From Alphaproteobacteria bacterium (GTDB lineage Bacteria; Pseudomonadota; Alphaproteobacteria; SMXQ01): 64,000 bases of DNA. The position numbers were made by a program, and so were the translations under genes. The DNA lies in the NCBI GenBank assembly GCA_035714115.1, contig DASTMO010000020.1:6073-70072 (forward strand), given 5' to 3'. The notes under the pieces were generated by a model that ran no database searches, was not told where the DNA came from, and worked only from the letters and a program-made list of their open reading frames with translations. How positions within the stretch are numbered: position 1 is the first letter of the stretch; every line of letters starts with the position of its first letter. Positions 17,995 to 27,076 of the stretch are shown here, piece after piece.

Positions 17995-19473
17995 ATGGCC
18001 AATCTCACCACGCTGACGCTCACCGAAGCGCGCGACGGCATCAAGGCGAAGAAATTCTCCGCGACGGAACTGACCCAGGCCCATCTGAAGGCCATGGAGC
18101 AGACGCGTTCGCTTAACGCCTACATCACCGAGACGCCGGAATTGGCGCTCAAGCAGGCCGCCGCGTCGGACGCCAAGATCGCCAAGGGCGAGGCGGGCGC
18201 GCTCGAAGGCCTGCCGCTCGGCATCAAGGATCTGTTCTGCACCGAAGGCGTGCGCACCACCGCCGCTTCGAAGATCCTCGGCAACTTCGTGCCGCAGTAC
18301 GAATCGACCATCACCGCCAAGTTGCTCAAAGCCGGCGCGGTCACGGTCGGCAAGACCAACCTCGACGAATTCGCCATGGGTTCGTCGAACATGACCAGCG
18401 CGTTCGGCTCGGTGGAGAATCCCTGGCGGCGCGCGGGCGACAATCGTCCGCTGGTGCCGGGCGGCTCGTCCGGCGGCTCCGCTGCCGCAGTGGCGGCGCG
18501 CTCCTGCCTCGGCGCGACCGGCACCGATACCGGCGGTTCGATCCGCCAGCCGGCCGCCTTCTGCGGCATCGTCGGCATCAAGCCGACCTACGGCCGCTGC
18601 TCGCGCTGGGGCGTCGTCGCCTTCGCCAGCTCGCTCGATCAGGCCGGTCCCTTCGCGCGCACGGTGAAGGACTGCGCCATCCTGCTGCGCGAGATGTCGG
18701 GCCATGACCCGAAGGATTCGACCAGCGCCAATATCGCGGTGCCGGATTTCGAAGCGGCGCTGACCGGCGACATTCGCGGCCTGAAGATCGGCATTCCCAA
18801 GGAATACCGCATCGAAGGCATCAACGCCGAGATCGACGCGTTGTGGCAGAAGGGCATCGCGATGCTCAAGGACGCCGGCGCCGAAGTCGTCGACGTCAGC
18901 CTGCCGCACACGAAATACGCGCTGCCCTGCTACTACATCCTCGCCCCGGCGGAAGCGTCCTCGAACCTCGCGCGCTACGACGGCGTGCGCTACGGCCTGC
19001 GCGTGCCGGGCAACTCCATCGAGGAGCTTTACGAGAACACGCGCGCCGAGGGCTTCGGCAAGGAAGTGCGCCGCCGCATCCTGATCGGCACTTACGTGCT
19101 GTCGGCCGGCTATTACGATGCCTACTACCGCAAGGCGCAGCGCGTGCGCGCGCTGATCGCCAAGGATTTCGATCTGGCGTTTCAGAAATGCGACGCGATC
19201 CTGACGCCGACGGCGCCCTCGGCCGCCTTCGCGATGGGGGAGAAATCCGACGATCCGATCGCCATGTATCTGAATGACGTGTTCACGGTGACGACGAACC
19301 TCGCCGGCCTGCCGGGCATCTCGGTGCCGGCCGGACTCTCGGCGGACGGCCTGCCGCTTGGCCTGCAGCTGATCGGCAAGACCTTCGACGAGGCGGGCCT
19401 GTTGAAGGTCGCGCATGTGCTGGAGAAGCAGGCGGCGTTCACCGCGACGCCCGATTTGGGCGGGAGGGCTTAA
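17995..19473 (+). CDS. gatA: Asp/Glu-tRNA(Asn/Gln) amidotransferase subunit A
   Basis: Amidase signature [13 protein letters not shown] prefer the start at [13 protein letters not shown], 2 nt after the gatC stop; the longer ORF extension overlaps gatC. Confidence 0.93.
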   Translation: MANLTTLTLTEARDGIKAKKFSATELTQAHLKAMEQTRSLNAYITETPELALKQAAASDAKIAKGEAGALEGLPLGIKDLFCTEGVRTTAASKILGNFVPQYESTITAKLLKAGAVTVGKTNLDEFAMGSSNMTSAFGSVENPWRRAGDNRPLVPGGSSGGSAAAVAARSCLGATGTDTGGSIRQPAAFCGIVGIKPTYGRCSRWGVVAFASSLDQAGPFARTVKDCAILLREMSGHDPKDSTSANIAVPDFEAALTGDIRGLKIGIPKEYRIEGINAEIDALWQKGIAMLKDAGAEVVDVSLPHTKYALPCYYILAPAEASSNLARYDGVRYGLRVPGNSIEELYENTRAEGFGKEVRRRILIGTYVLSAGYYDAYYRKAQRVRALIAKDFDLAFQKCDAILTPTAPSAAFAMGEKSDDPIAMYLNDVFTVTTNLAGLPGISVPAGLSADGLPLGLQLIGKTFDEAGLLKVAHVLEKQAAFTATPDLGGRA

Positions 19474-19476
19474 GCC

Positions 19477-20946
19477 ATGACCGAAGTGAAAGAAGATCGC
19501 CTCATCGAGGGCAAGACCGGCAAGTGGGAGATCGTCATCGGTCTCGAGGTGCACGCGCAGGTCAGCTCGAACAGCAAGCTGTTCTCCGGCGCGGCGACCG
19601 CCTTCGGCGCTGAGCCGAACAGCCAGGTCTCGCTGGTCGACGCGGCCATGCCGGGCATGCTGCCGGTGATCAACAAGTTCTGCGTCGAGCAGGCGGTGCG
19701 CACGGGCCTCGGCCTGCAGGCGCAGATCAATCTCGTCTCGGTGTTCGACCGCAAGAACTACTTCTATCCCGATCTGCCGCAGGGCTATCAGATCTCGCAG
19801 TTCACGCAGCCGATCGTCGGCAAGGGCGCGCTGACCATCGATCTGGCCGACGGCACCAGCCGCGAGATCGGCATCACCCGCCTGCATCTCGAGCAGGACG
19901 CGGGCAAGAGCATCCACGACCTGCATCCGAAGATGACCTTCATCGACCTCAACCGCTCGGGTGTGGCGCTGATGGAGATTGTCTCCGAGCCGGACATGCG
20001 GTCGGCGGAAGAGGCTGGCGCGTACCTCAAGAAGCTGCGCTCGATCTTACGCTATCTCGGCACCTGCGACGGCAACATGGAAGAGGGCTCGCTGCGCGCC
20101 GACGTGAACGTGTCGGTGCGCAAGCCCGGCGCGCGTTTCGGCACGCGTTGCGAGATCAAGAACGTCAACTCGATCCGTTTCGTGCAGCAGGCCGTCGAAT
20201 ACGAGGCGCGCCGCCAGGTCGAGCTGATCGAGGAGGGCGGCGAGGTCAAGCAGCAGACCCGCCTGTTCGATCCGAACCGCGGCGAGACGCGCCCGATGCG
20301 CAGCAAGGAAGAGGCGCACGACTATCGCTACTTCCCCGATCCGGACCTGCTGCCGCTCGAGCTCGAATCGGCTTGGGTCGAGAGCATCAAGTCCGGTCTG
20401 CCGGAATTGCCCGACGCCAAGAAGGCGCGCTTCGTGAAGGACTACGGCCTGTCGCCTTATGACGCGGGCGTGCTGGCGGCGGAGATGGCCCCGGCGACCT
20501 TCTACGAAACCGTCGCCAAGGGCCGCGATCCGAAGATCGCGTCGAACTGGGTGACCGGCGAGCTCTTCGCCGTGCTGAACAAGCAGAACCTGGAGATCGA
20601 AAAGTCTCCGGTGACTGCCGAGGCGCTCGGCGGCCTCTTGGACTTGCTCGCCGACAACACGATCTCGGGCCGCATCGCCAAGGACGTCTTCGCCGAGATG
20701 GTCGAGACCGGCAAGGCGGCGAAGGACATCGTCGAGGCCAAGGGCCTCAAGCAGATCACCGACACCGGCCCGATCGAGGCGGCGGCGGATCAGATCATCG
20801 CGTCTTCGCCGGACAATGTGGCGAAGTACAAGGCCGGCAACGAGAAGCTGATCGGCTGGTTCGTCGGCCAGGTGATGAAGGCGACGGGCGGCAAGGCCAA
20901 TCCCGGCGTCGTCAACGAGATCCTCAAGAAGAAGCTGAGCGCATAA
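19477..20946 (+). CDS. gatB: Asp/Glu-tRNA(Asn/Gln) amidotransferase subunit B
   Basis: 489 aa with [13 protein letters not shown] and LHLEQDAGK motifs and a C-terminal YqeY-like tail. Confidence 0.95.
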   Translation: MTEVKEDRLIEGKTGKWEIVIGLEVHAQVSSNSKLFSGAATAFGAEPNSQVSLVDAAMPGMLPVINKFCVEQAVRTGLGLQAQINLVSVFDRKNYFYPDLPQGYQISQFTQPIVGKGALTIDLADGTSREIGITRLHLEQDAGKSIHDLHPKMTFIDLNRSGVALMEIVSEPDMRSAEEAGAYLKKLRSILRYLGTCDGNMEEGSLRADVNVSVRKPGARFGTRCEIKNVNSIRFVQQAVEYEARRQVELIEEGGEVKQQTRLFDPNRGETRPMRSKEEAHDYRYFPDPDLLPLELESAWVESIKSGLPELPDAKKARFVKDYGLSPYDAGVLAAEMAPATFYETVAKGRDPKIASNWVTGELFAVLNKQNLEIEKSPVTAEALGGLLDLLADNTISGRIAKDVFAEMVETGKAAKDIVEAKGLKQITDTGPIEAAADQIIASSPDNVAKYKAGNEKLIGWFVGQVMKATGGKANPGVVNEILKKKLSA

Positions 20947-20957
20947 TATAAACCGTC

Positions 20958-21033
20958 ATGCTCGGGCTTGACCCGAGCATCCATATCTCCGCCGGCAAAG
21001 CGTTGAAATGGACCCTCGGATCAAGCCCGAGGG
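20958..21033. repeat. inverted pair of REP-like palindromic elements (core CGGGCTTGAYCCG)
   Basis: ATGCTCGGG cttga CCCGAGCAT at 20958-20980, and CCCTCGG atcaagc CCGAGGG at 21013-21033. The second is the reverse complement of the same core. Confidence 0.7.
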
Positions 21034-21062
21034 TGACGATCTTTCAGTAAAGGGTTTATGCC

Positions 21063-21692
21063 GTGATCGATCTCTACACCTGGACCACGCCCAATGGCCG
21101 CAAGGTCCAGATCATGCTCGAAGAGCTGGGCCTGCAATACAACGTGCATTCGATCAACATCGGCAAGAACGAGCAGTTCGCGCCGGATTTCCTGAAGATC
21201 AGCCCGAACAACAAGATCCCGGCCATCGTCGATAGCCAAGGGCCGGGCGGCAAGCCCTACAGCCTGTTCGAATCGGGCGCGATCCTGATGTATCTCGCCG
21301 AGAAGACCGGCAGCGCTCTGTGGCCGCAGGAGACGGTGAAGAAGTACGAAGTGATGCAGTGGCTGATGTTCCAGATGGGCGGCTTCGGCCCGATGCTCGG
21401 CCAGGCGCACCACTTCCTGAAGTTCGCGCCGGAGAAGATTCCCTACGCTATGAAGCGCTACGGCGACGAGGCCAAGCGTCTCTATGGCGTGATCGACAAG
21501 CGCCTTGGCGAGGCCGAGTATCTGGCTGGCGATTATTCCATCGCCGACATCGCGACCTTCCCTTGGGCGCAGTCCTTCGCCATGCAGGGCATCGATTTCG
21601 CCGATTATCCCAATGTGAAGCGCTGGTTCGACGCCATCATGGCGCGCCCAGCTGTGCAGCGCGGCATTAAGGTCGGCGTCACGCCGGCCTGA
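21063..21692 (+). CDS. glutathione S-transferase, YfcG/Nu-class-like (paralogue 1)
   Basis: 209 aa: IDLYTWTTPNGRKVQIMLEELGL...ISPNNKIPAIVD...ESGAILMYLAEK. GTG start. Confidence 0.85.
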   Translation: MIDLYTWTTPNGRKVQIMLEELGLQYNVHSINIGKNEQFAPDFLKISPNNKIPAIVDSQGPGGKPYSLFESGAILMYLAEKTGSALWPQETVKKYEVMQWLMFQMGGFGPMLGQAHHFLKFAPEKIPYAMKRYGDEAKRLYGVIDKRLGEAEYLAGDYSIADIATFPWAQSFAMQGIDFADYPNVKRWFDAIMARPAVQRGIKVGVTPA

Positions 21693-21716
21693 ACATCACG
21701 CACTTTGAGTTGAAAA

Positions 21717-21741
21717 GGGGCGGCTTTTGCCGCCCTTTTTG
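21717..21741 (+). terminator. intrinsic terminator after GST paralogue 1
   Basis: GGGGCGGC tttt GCCGCCC TTTTT. Confidence 0.75.
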
Positions 21742-21863
21742 CTGCTCCGTGCTGCTCTACGCCCTGGCAGGAAAAATACTGTTACTTCGGCCAATATGGC
21801 GGCCCGGCATTCCGCCCCGTAGCATTTCGTCTATGCTGACTCCGCAGATTTGGGAGGAATCAT

Positions 21864-22556
21864 ATGCTGGACGTCTACAACTGGCCGACCTCGAACGGCC
21901 GCAAGATCTTCATCATGCTGGAGGAGACGGGGCTGCCCTATCGGGCGCATCCGGTCAGCATCCGCAAGGGCGAGCAGTTCGCCCCGGAGTTCTTGAAGTT
22001 CAGCCCGAACAACAAAATTCCCGCCGTGATCGATCAGGACGGGCCGGACGGCAAGCCGATCTCGCTCTTCGAGTCGGGCGCGATCCTGATGTATCTGGCG
22101 CAGAAGTCCGGCATGTTCCTGCCGAAAGACATGCGCGGCCAGTACGAGGTGCTGCCTTGGCTGTTCATGCAGGTCGGCCATGTCGGCCCGATGTTCGGCC
22201 AAGCCCACCATTTCCACGGCAACGCGCCCGAGGGCAGCGACTACGCCATCCAGCGCTTCGATAACGAGCAGAAGCGCATCTACAACGTGCTCGACAAGCG
22301 CCTGGGCGAATCCGAATACCTCGGCGGCGACTACTCCATCGCCGACATCGCGGTCTTTCCTTGGACGCAGGCCGACGAAGAGAAGGGCATGCTCAAGGAT
22401 TATCCCAACGTGAAACGCTGGTTCGACGCGATCATGGCGCGGCCCGGCGTGCAGAGGGGGCTGACGATCATGGCCGATGTGCGGCGCAATCAGCCGGCGA
22501 TGACGCCGGAGGTGCGCGAGATCATGTTCGGGGCCAAGCAATACGAGAAGCGCTGA
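21864..22556 (+). CDS. glutathione S-transferase, YfcG/Nu-class-like (paralogue 2)
   Basis: 230 aa with the same motif set (LDVYNWPTSNGRKIFIMLEETGL, SPNNKIPAVID, ESGAILMYLAQK). RBS GGGAGGAA. Confidence 0.85.
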   Translation: MLDVYNWPTSNGRKIFIMLEETGLPYRAHPVSIRKGEQFAPEFLKFSPNNKIPAVIDQDGPDGKPISLFESGAILMYLAQKSGMFLPKDMRGQYEVLPWLFMQVGHVGPMFGQAHHFHGNAPEGSDYAIQRFDNEQKRIYNVLDKRLGESEYLGGDYSIADIAVFPWTQADEEKGMLKDYPNVKRWFDAIMARPGVQRGLTIMADVRRNQPAMTPEVREIMFGAKQYEKR

Positions 22557-22608
22557 GGAGACCATCCCAGCGCGGGCGTGCTTGTTCATAGAAAGTCGAT
22601 ATGGGGGA

Positions 22609-23259
22609 ATGATGATCGACCTTTACACCTGGTCCACGCCGAACGGCCGCCGCGCGCCGATCATGCTGGAAGAATGCGGCCTGCCTTACGAAGCGCATTA
22701 TCTCGAACTGGCCAAGCACGAACACAAGACGCCGGCGATGAAGCTGATGAACCACGATCAGCGCATCCCGGTGATCGTCGATCCCGAGGGGCCGGAGGGC
22801 AAGCCGATCGCCGTCTCCGAGTCCTGCGCCATCCTGCTCTATCTCGCCGAGAAGACCGGCAAGTTCCTGCCCAAGAGCGGCGCGATGCGCGTCGAGGCGC
22901 AGAAGTGGCTGTTCTTCGCCGCGAGCAACGTCGGCCCCTGCGCGACCCAGCATTTCTGGCTGCCGACCAAGAGCAAGGCGAAGGGCGGCCTGCCGCCGGT
23001 CGAGCCTTTCGTCGATCTGTTCAACGATGAGCTCAAGCGCCTCTATGGCGTGATGAACGACCGCTTGGGCGAGGCCGAATATCTCGCTGGCGATTACTCC
23101 ATCGCCGACATCGCTGCCTATGTCTGGGTCTGGCGGCGCTATCAGCAGAAGATCGAGCTGGCGGCCTATCCCAATCTTAACCGCTGGTTCGAGGCGGTGA
23201 GCGCGCGTCCGGCCGTGCGCAAGGGCGAGCAGGTGCCGCCCAGAAATGACGGTCTCTGA
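22609..23259 (+). CDS. glutathione S-transferase, YfcG/Nu-class-like (paralogue 3, more divergent)
   Basis: MMIDLYTWSTPNGRRAPIMLEECGL..., ESCAILLYLAEK. Start chosen after the GGGGGA RBS; the ORF is open from 22582. Confidence 0.8.
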   Translation: MMIDLYTWSTPNGRRAPIMLEECGLPYEAHYLELAKHEHKTPAMKLMNHDQRIPVIVDPEGPEGKPIAVSESCAILLYLAEKTGKFLPKSGAMRVEAQKWLFFAASNVGPCATQHFWLPTKSKAKGGLPPVEPFVDLFNDELKRLYGVMNDRLGEAEYLAGDYSIADIAAYVWVWRRYQQKIELAAYPNLNRWFEAVSARPAVRKGEQVPPRNDGL

Positions 23260-23262
23260 CCT

Positions 23263-23889
23263 TTAGCCTTCGGCGGCGCGCAGGCGGCGTTCGAGTTTGG
23301 TTTTCTCGCGCCGCCAGCGTTCGCCTTCGGTCTCGATCTTTCGCTCGACGGCTTGCTGCTGACGGTCGAGCGCGGCCAAGGCCGCCGCGTGACGCGCCTC
23401 GGCTTTCTTGAGCGCCGCGCGCGCCTTGACGGCCGCCGCTTCGCGCGCTTTGGTTTCGCGGGCCTCGGTGGCGGCCTGCTTCGCTTCTGCCGCCGCGCGC
23501 GCTTTCTCGCGCTTGGCGCGGGTCTTCTCGAAGGCGGCGATCTGCGCCCGCGCGGCATCGCGATCGGCGACCGCCTTGGCGCCGCGTTTGGACGGCGCGG
23601 CTTTCTTGGGCGTCTTGGCGGGCTTTTTGGCTTTGACCGGCAGGCTGTCCGGCAGCGCGGGGTTCTCGATGAAAGCGCCCTTCGAGCCGACGGCGCGCTT
23701 GATGACGAGCCCAGGCTGGGCGGTGGCGGCGGCGACGATCTTGGGATCGTCGGTCTCCACGGCGAAACCTTGATGGAACAGGTTCTGCGGCACGCCCCAG
23801 GCTTCGAGCGCGGCTTTCATGGAGGGCGCGGCCACGGCCATCTCGAAGAAGCCGATGGTGGTGACGAAGGTCTTGAGCTTGCGCGCCAT
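23263..23889 (-). CDS. hypothetical protein with a globular N-domain and a Lys/Ala-rich coiled-coil tail
   Basis: 208 aa with RBS GGGAGAGAA. The C-terminal half is a low-complexity AKREKARAAAEAKQAA-type helix. No family recognised. Confidence 0.6.
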   Translation of the reverse strand: MARKLKTFVTTIGFFEMAVAAPSMKAALEAWGVPQNLFHQGFAVETDDPKIVAAATAQPGLVIKRAVGSKGAFIENPALPDSLPVKAKKPAKTPKKAAPSKRGAKAVADRDAARAQIAAFEKTRAKREKARAAAEAKQAATEARETKAREAAAVKARAALKKAEARHAAALAALDRQQQAVERKIETEGERWRREKTKLERRLRAAEG

Positions 23890-24052
23890 ATTCTCTCCCT
23901 GCCCATAAAAGAGAAACGAGGACGCCCGGGGAAGCGTCCTCGTCTCGTTTTCGGCTGGCCTGCCCGGGAGGGGTTTCCTCCGGGGAAGAGGGTGCCCGGC
24001 GGCTTGCCGAACCGGTGCTTTCTAATGGCGCCGTCCTGGCGCCGCCCGCGTC

Positions 24053-25006
24053 TTACTGCGCGGTGAAATACTTGGCGGCGGCCTGGTTGGTGCTGATCAC
24101 GTTGCCGCGCGGCGCGTCGTCGTCGGTACCCTGCACCACCCAGTCCCACTGGGCCGGGGCAGCGATCGGGCAGGCGATGGTCAGCGGCGTGGTGATCGTC
24201 TCCTGCACGCTGTCGCCGCGCGTCGGCGCGGAGAGCGGCACGCCGCCCGGCGGCAAGGCGACGGCGGTCGGCGTCGCCGGGGCGGCGACCACGACCTGCT
24301 GCATCACGCCCGGATTGATGATGGTGTAGCTGCCGTTCGGCTGGGCGACGACAGTGGCCGGTGCGGTCACCACGGTGCCCGGCGCGACCGGCACGACGCT
24401 GGCCGACTGCAGCACCATGGGCGCAGCGGTGGCGACGGTCGAAGCGCCGCGCACCTGCACCACGCGCGGATCGCGCAGGTCGCTGGCGCCGTTGGCGTCG
24501 GTCACGGTGTAGCTGAGCTGCACGTTCACCGCCTGGCCGCCGCAGGTCATCACATTATGCGACGGCGGATTGATCTGCGCCGCGACGATGGTGGCCGGCG
24601 TGTTGTTGATCGTCAGCGAGCCGATCGGCGTGTCGCTGACCATGCCGTTCTTCGTCGTCAGGCGCAGGCTGACGGGATAGACGCCGTCCTTGGCCGGCGC
24701 GCGCACGGCGACGCTGGTGCTGACCATGTCGTTCGGCGAGGCTGGGACGCCGAGCTTGCTCACGGTGCCGGCGCTCAGGCTGTTCGGCGGCAGGCCGACC
24801 AGCTCAGCGCTGGCGACGTTCGAGCTGCCGCCGGGCAGGCGATAGCTGATCACGGCGGACTGGCCAGGGTCGATGGCGCGCGGCGCGAGGGTGATGTCGG
24901 TCGGCTGCGGCATGTTGACGGAATTGCCGGCGCAGGCGGCGAGCATCAGCCCCGCGGCGCTGAGGATGATGGTCGTGCCGAGCAGGCGGGTCTTGGGGAA
25001 GGTCAT
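24053..25006 (-). CDS. hypothetical lipoprotein (Thr/Val/Ala-rich, beta-rich)
   Basis: 317 aa with lipobox LMLAAC. It lies 50 nt downstream of the DUF1328 gene on the same strand and is followed by a hairpin terminator near 23925-23965. Confidence 0.6.
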   Translation of the reverse strand: MTFPKTRLLGTTIILSAAGLMLAACAGNSVNMPQPTDITLAPRAIDPGQSAVISYRLPGGSSNVASAELVGLPPNSLSAGTVSKLGVPASPNDMVSTSVAVRAPAKDGVYPVSLRLTTKNGMVSDTPIGSLTINNTPATIVAAQINPPSHNVMTCGGQAVNVQLSYTVTDANGASDLRDPRVVQVRGASTVATAAPMVLQSASVVPVAPGTVVTAPATVVAQPNGSYTIINPGVMQQVVVAAPATPTAVALPPGGVPLSAPTRGDSVQETITTPLTIACPIAAPAQWDWVVQGTDDDAPRGNVISTNQAAAKYFTAQ

Positions 25007-25056
25007 GGTCTGTCTCCGGTTTCTTTTATCGTTGCGACGAAAGGATGCTTGGCGGC

Positions 25057-25242
25057 TTAGACGGGAGGCGGCGGCACGCCGCGGCCGCGCATCAGATGCG
25101 CGATTAGGCTGACGGCGAAGAGCACCAGGAAGATGAAGAAGAGGATGCGGGCGATCTCGACCGCGATGATGGTCACGCCGCCGAAGCCGAGCAGAGCGGC
25201 GATCAACGCGATGACGAGGAAGGTGAGGGCAAGGCGCAACAT
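25057..25242 (-). CDS. DUF1328 (UPF0391, YtjA-like) small membrane protein
   Basis: 61 aa: MLRLALTFLVIALIAALLGFGGV..., the hallmark of the DUF1328 family. Confidence 0.85.
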   Translation of the reverse strand: MLRLALTFLVIALIAALLGFGGVTIIAVEIARILFFIFLVLFAVSLIAHLMRGRGVPPPPV

Positions 25243-25310
25243 GGCGGCCTCCTGTTCGTTGCTGGACGCGCGTTCGGTTGCGTCGAGCCCCCGAACAATC
25301 TCAGTTCCTC

Positions 25311-25335
25311 AACGCGGGCAGATATGAAGCGTTCC
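25311..25335 (-). promoter_or_regulatory. EcfG-type promoter (perfect GGAAC-N16-CGTT) upstream of the DUF1328 gene
   Basis: Plus strand reads AACG-N16-GTTCC, 69 nt from the ATG at 25242. Confidence 0.7.
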
Positions 25336-25381
25336 GAGCAGCAGGCCGGGTAAAATGGGAAATTAAATCCAGCAAAGCTGC

Positions 25382-25406
25382 GGAACGGTCGGCTGCGAAT
25401 CGCGTT
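25382..25406 (+). promoter_or_regulatory. orphan EcfG-type promoter (perfect GGAAC-N16-CGTT) with no downstream CDS
   Basis: GGAAC ggtcggctgcgaatcg CGTT on the plus strand. It points toward the 3' end of the convergent ecfG gene. Confidence 0.6.
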
Positions 25407-25412
25407 CTTTGC

Positions 25413-25596
25413 GCGAACCGGTCGCCGGCGAACGCCGCGATCTCGCACGGCTACAATCCCTTTCGAGTTTGCGTCGCAGGGCGTCGATGTGCCGGTTCGC
25501 TTCACTGAGGGCGCCGCGCGATTCGTGCGGCGCCCTCAGACCATTCTGGATCCAGGGCAGGCGCGTAAAAAAAAGCCCCGCCGGGGTCGGCGGGGC
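25413..25596 (+). ncRNA. candidate EcfG-dependent small RNA (ends inferred)
   Basis: The region downstream of the orphan promoter contains a perfect 13-bp stem (25505-25517 with 25527-25539, 9-nt loop) and ends at the GC hairpin 25575-25596. It holds no ORF with a credible RBS. Confidence 0.3.
25567..25596 (-). terminator. intrinsic terminator of ecfG paralogue 1
   Basis: On the minus strand, stem GCCCCGCC/GGCGGGGC is followed by eight U residues. Confidence 0.75.
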
Positions 25597-25678
25597 TATT
25601 CGGGTACGACGGATTTAAGCGGAGGCACGCGAACCGGAAAGCCGGGCCTCTACATGAGGTCCGGCTTGTCCGGGAGAG

Positions 25679-26326
25679 TCAGGCGACGTGGCGGCGATGG
25701 TGCGCGTCGGACGAATGCGACTTGTCGCGCAGCATGGCGACGCTGCGGCGGCCGATGCTTTCGTTCTTGCGCTTGCGGGTGATGCCGGCCTGCGGCGAAA
25801 CGTCGTCCATCGTCAGGCCATCGACCATGCGCATCAGCGAATGGCGGGCGCGCGAGAGGCGCGAGCGCACGGTGCCGACCGGCACGCCGGTGACCTGCGC
25901 GGCCTCTTCGTAGCTCATGTCTTCCAGGGCGACGAGGATCAGCGTCGTACGCTGCTCTTCAGGGAGCTGCTCCATAGCGTTCTGCAGATCGCCGAGCTGC
26001 AGGCTCTCGACCTGATTGGGGCGGGTGTAGAGGCCGCTCATCATCGATTCGGCCGATTCGTCGGCGTCGCGCGCGCGCTTCACCTTGCGTACGCCGTCGA
26101 TGAAGACGTTGTGCATGATGGTGAGCAGCCAGGCGCGCAAATTCGTGCCTTGCTCGAAGCGGTCCATGTTGACGATGGCCCGCATCAGGCAGGTCTGCAC
26201 CAAATCGTCGGCGTCGGCCGCATTGCGCGTCAGGGCGCGGGCATAGCGGCGGATGTAGGGAATCTGGCCGACGAGAACCGACTCGATCTTCTTGTTGTCG
26301 GTGTTTTCGAGGGTGGTGCTGGTCAT
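25679..26326 (-). CDS. ecfG: ECF sigma factor, EcfG (RpoE2)-like, paralogue 1
   Basis: 215 aa. GQIPYIRRYARALTRNAADADDLVQ..., GTNLRAWLLTIMHNVF and region 4.2 YEEAAQVTGVPVGTVRSRLSRAR match my recollection of the EcfG/RpoE2 group. Confidence 0.8.
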   Translation of the reverse strand: MTSTTLENTDNKKIESVLVGQIPYIRRYARALTRNAADADDLVQTCLMRAIVNMDRFEQGTNLRAWLLTIMHNVFIDGVRKVKRARDADESAESMMSGLYTRPNQVESLQLGDLQNAMEQLPEEQRTTLILVALEDMSYEEAAQVTGVPVGTVRSRLSRARHSLMRMVDGLTMDDVSPQAGITRKRKNESIGRRSVAMLRDKSHSSDAHHRRHVA

Positions 26327-26534
26327 GTCGTGGGTCCTTCCGTTGCTAGCGTCTGTCCACGTCGCTGTGTGGGGCGCTGGTCGTGGGGGCGAGACGGCCC
26401 GGATGGATCGTTAAAGGCTTGAAAGCGTTAGCCATCCGAACTGCCGCCGACCGCGAGTGAGGTGCGCTCGACAAAGCAATGTTCCCAGCTTGGCGGGGGC
26501 ATTGGCGTGGCAAAGCCCCGGAAGGCTGTGTCAA

Positions 26535-26559
26535 AACTGAGGCCCGGAAGGGGCGTTCC
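26535..26559 (-). promoter_or_regulatory. near-consensus EcfG-type promoter (GGAAC-N16-AGTT), possible ecfG autoregulation
   Basis: Plus strand reads AACT-N16-GTTCC. It sits back-to-back with the nepR promoter but about 210 nt from the ecfG ATG. Confidence 0.35.
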
Positions 26560-26579
26560 ACGGAAAATATCCCTTTTCG

Positions 26580-26604
26580 GGAACGCTTTTGGACACAGGT
26601 CGTT
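26580..26604 (+). promoter_or_regulatory. EcfG-type promoter (perfect GGAAC-N16-CGTT) upstream of the nepR-like gene
   Basis: GGAAC gcttttggacacaggt CGTT, 66 nt from position 26670. Confidence 0.7.
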
Positions 26605-26669
26605 AATGAACTAGTACGGAAGGCATAGAACGGGGGGCTTTCCGGGTAGAGCGGACCCCATTTAAGGTT

Positions 26670-26915
26670 GTGAACCCCATGAACAGTGCCCTGATGATGA
26701 CCGAACGCAAAACGCCCTCTCTCAACGGTTCCGTCGGCGCCCAGAACGGCGTCGTGAATGCTCTGCGCCGCCTGTACGACCCGGTGCTCGAAGAGCCTGT
26801 GCCGGACTTTCTGCTCCGCGCCGCTTCGATGACGCGTGACGAGGCGGCGGCAGCCGTCGCCGCGCGCGATGCGGAGAGCGCGGAAGAGAGCAAGCCGGAG
26901 ACGCAGCAGCACTAA
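26670..26915 (+). CDS. nepR: NepR-like anti-sigma factor (start codon uncertain)
   Basis: 81 aa or shorter. The central LRRLYDPVLEEPVPDFLL resembles the NepR core motif (L..Y..V..EP.P..F..LL). Preceded by a perfect EcfG-type promoter and followed by a strong terminator. Confidence 0.6.
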   Translation: MNPMNSALMMTERKTPSLNGSVGAQNGVVNALRRLYDPVLEEPVPDFLLRAASMTRDEAAAAVAARDAESAEESKPETQQH

Positions 26916-26942
26916 GCGGCGCGGACAGCCAATTGAACGAAG

Positions 26943-26973
26943 CCGGCGGGGGCGAACCTCGCCGGTTTTTTTT
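26943..26973 (+). terminator. intrinsic terminator of the nepR-like gene
   Basis: CCGGCG ggggcgaacct CGCCGG followed by eight T residues. Confidence 0.75.
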
Positions 26974-26998
26974 GCGCCCAAATATGCGGCAGGCTGCG

Positions 26999-27023
26999 GG
27001 AACTTGAACGCGCCCCTCGCGTT
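26999..27023 (+). promoter_or_regulatory. EcfG-type promoter (perfect GGAAC-N16-CGTT) upstream of the Gly-zipper lipoprotein gene
   Basis: GGAAC ttgaacgcgcccctcg CGTT, 54 nt from the ATG at 27077. Confidence 0.7.
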
Positions 27024-27076
27024 CCTTGGCGATAATCCGCGCTCCGCTCATCGGAGCGCGCTTCAAGGAGAGTGAT

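Noticed and set aside
17917-19926. 669-aa ORF on the minus strand
   Set aside because: It is entirely antisense to gatA and gatB, whose products carry clear family signatures. Its Arg/Ala/Gly-rich composition is the usual mirror-frame artefact of high-GC DNA.
25487-25618. 43-codon ORF (MCRFASLRAPRDSCGALRPFWIQGRRVKK...) inside the candidate sRNA
   Set aside because: It has no Shine-Dalgarno sequence and a basic low-complexity product, and the frame runs through two strong hairpins. A non-coding interpretation is preferred, though a small protein cannot be fully excluded.
26346-26981. 211-aa minus-strand ORF across the ecfG-nepR intergenic region
   Set aside because: It spans promoter DNA and is antisense to the nepR-like ORF. 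It has no RBS or domain signature.
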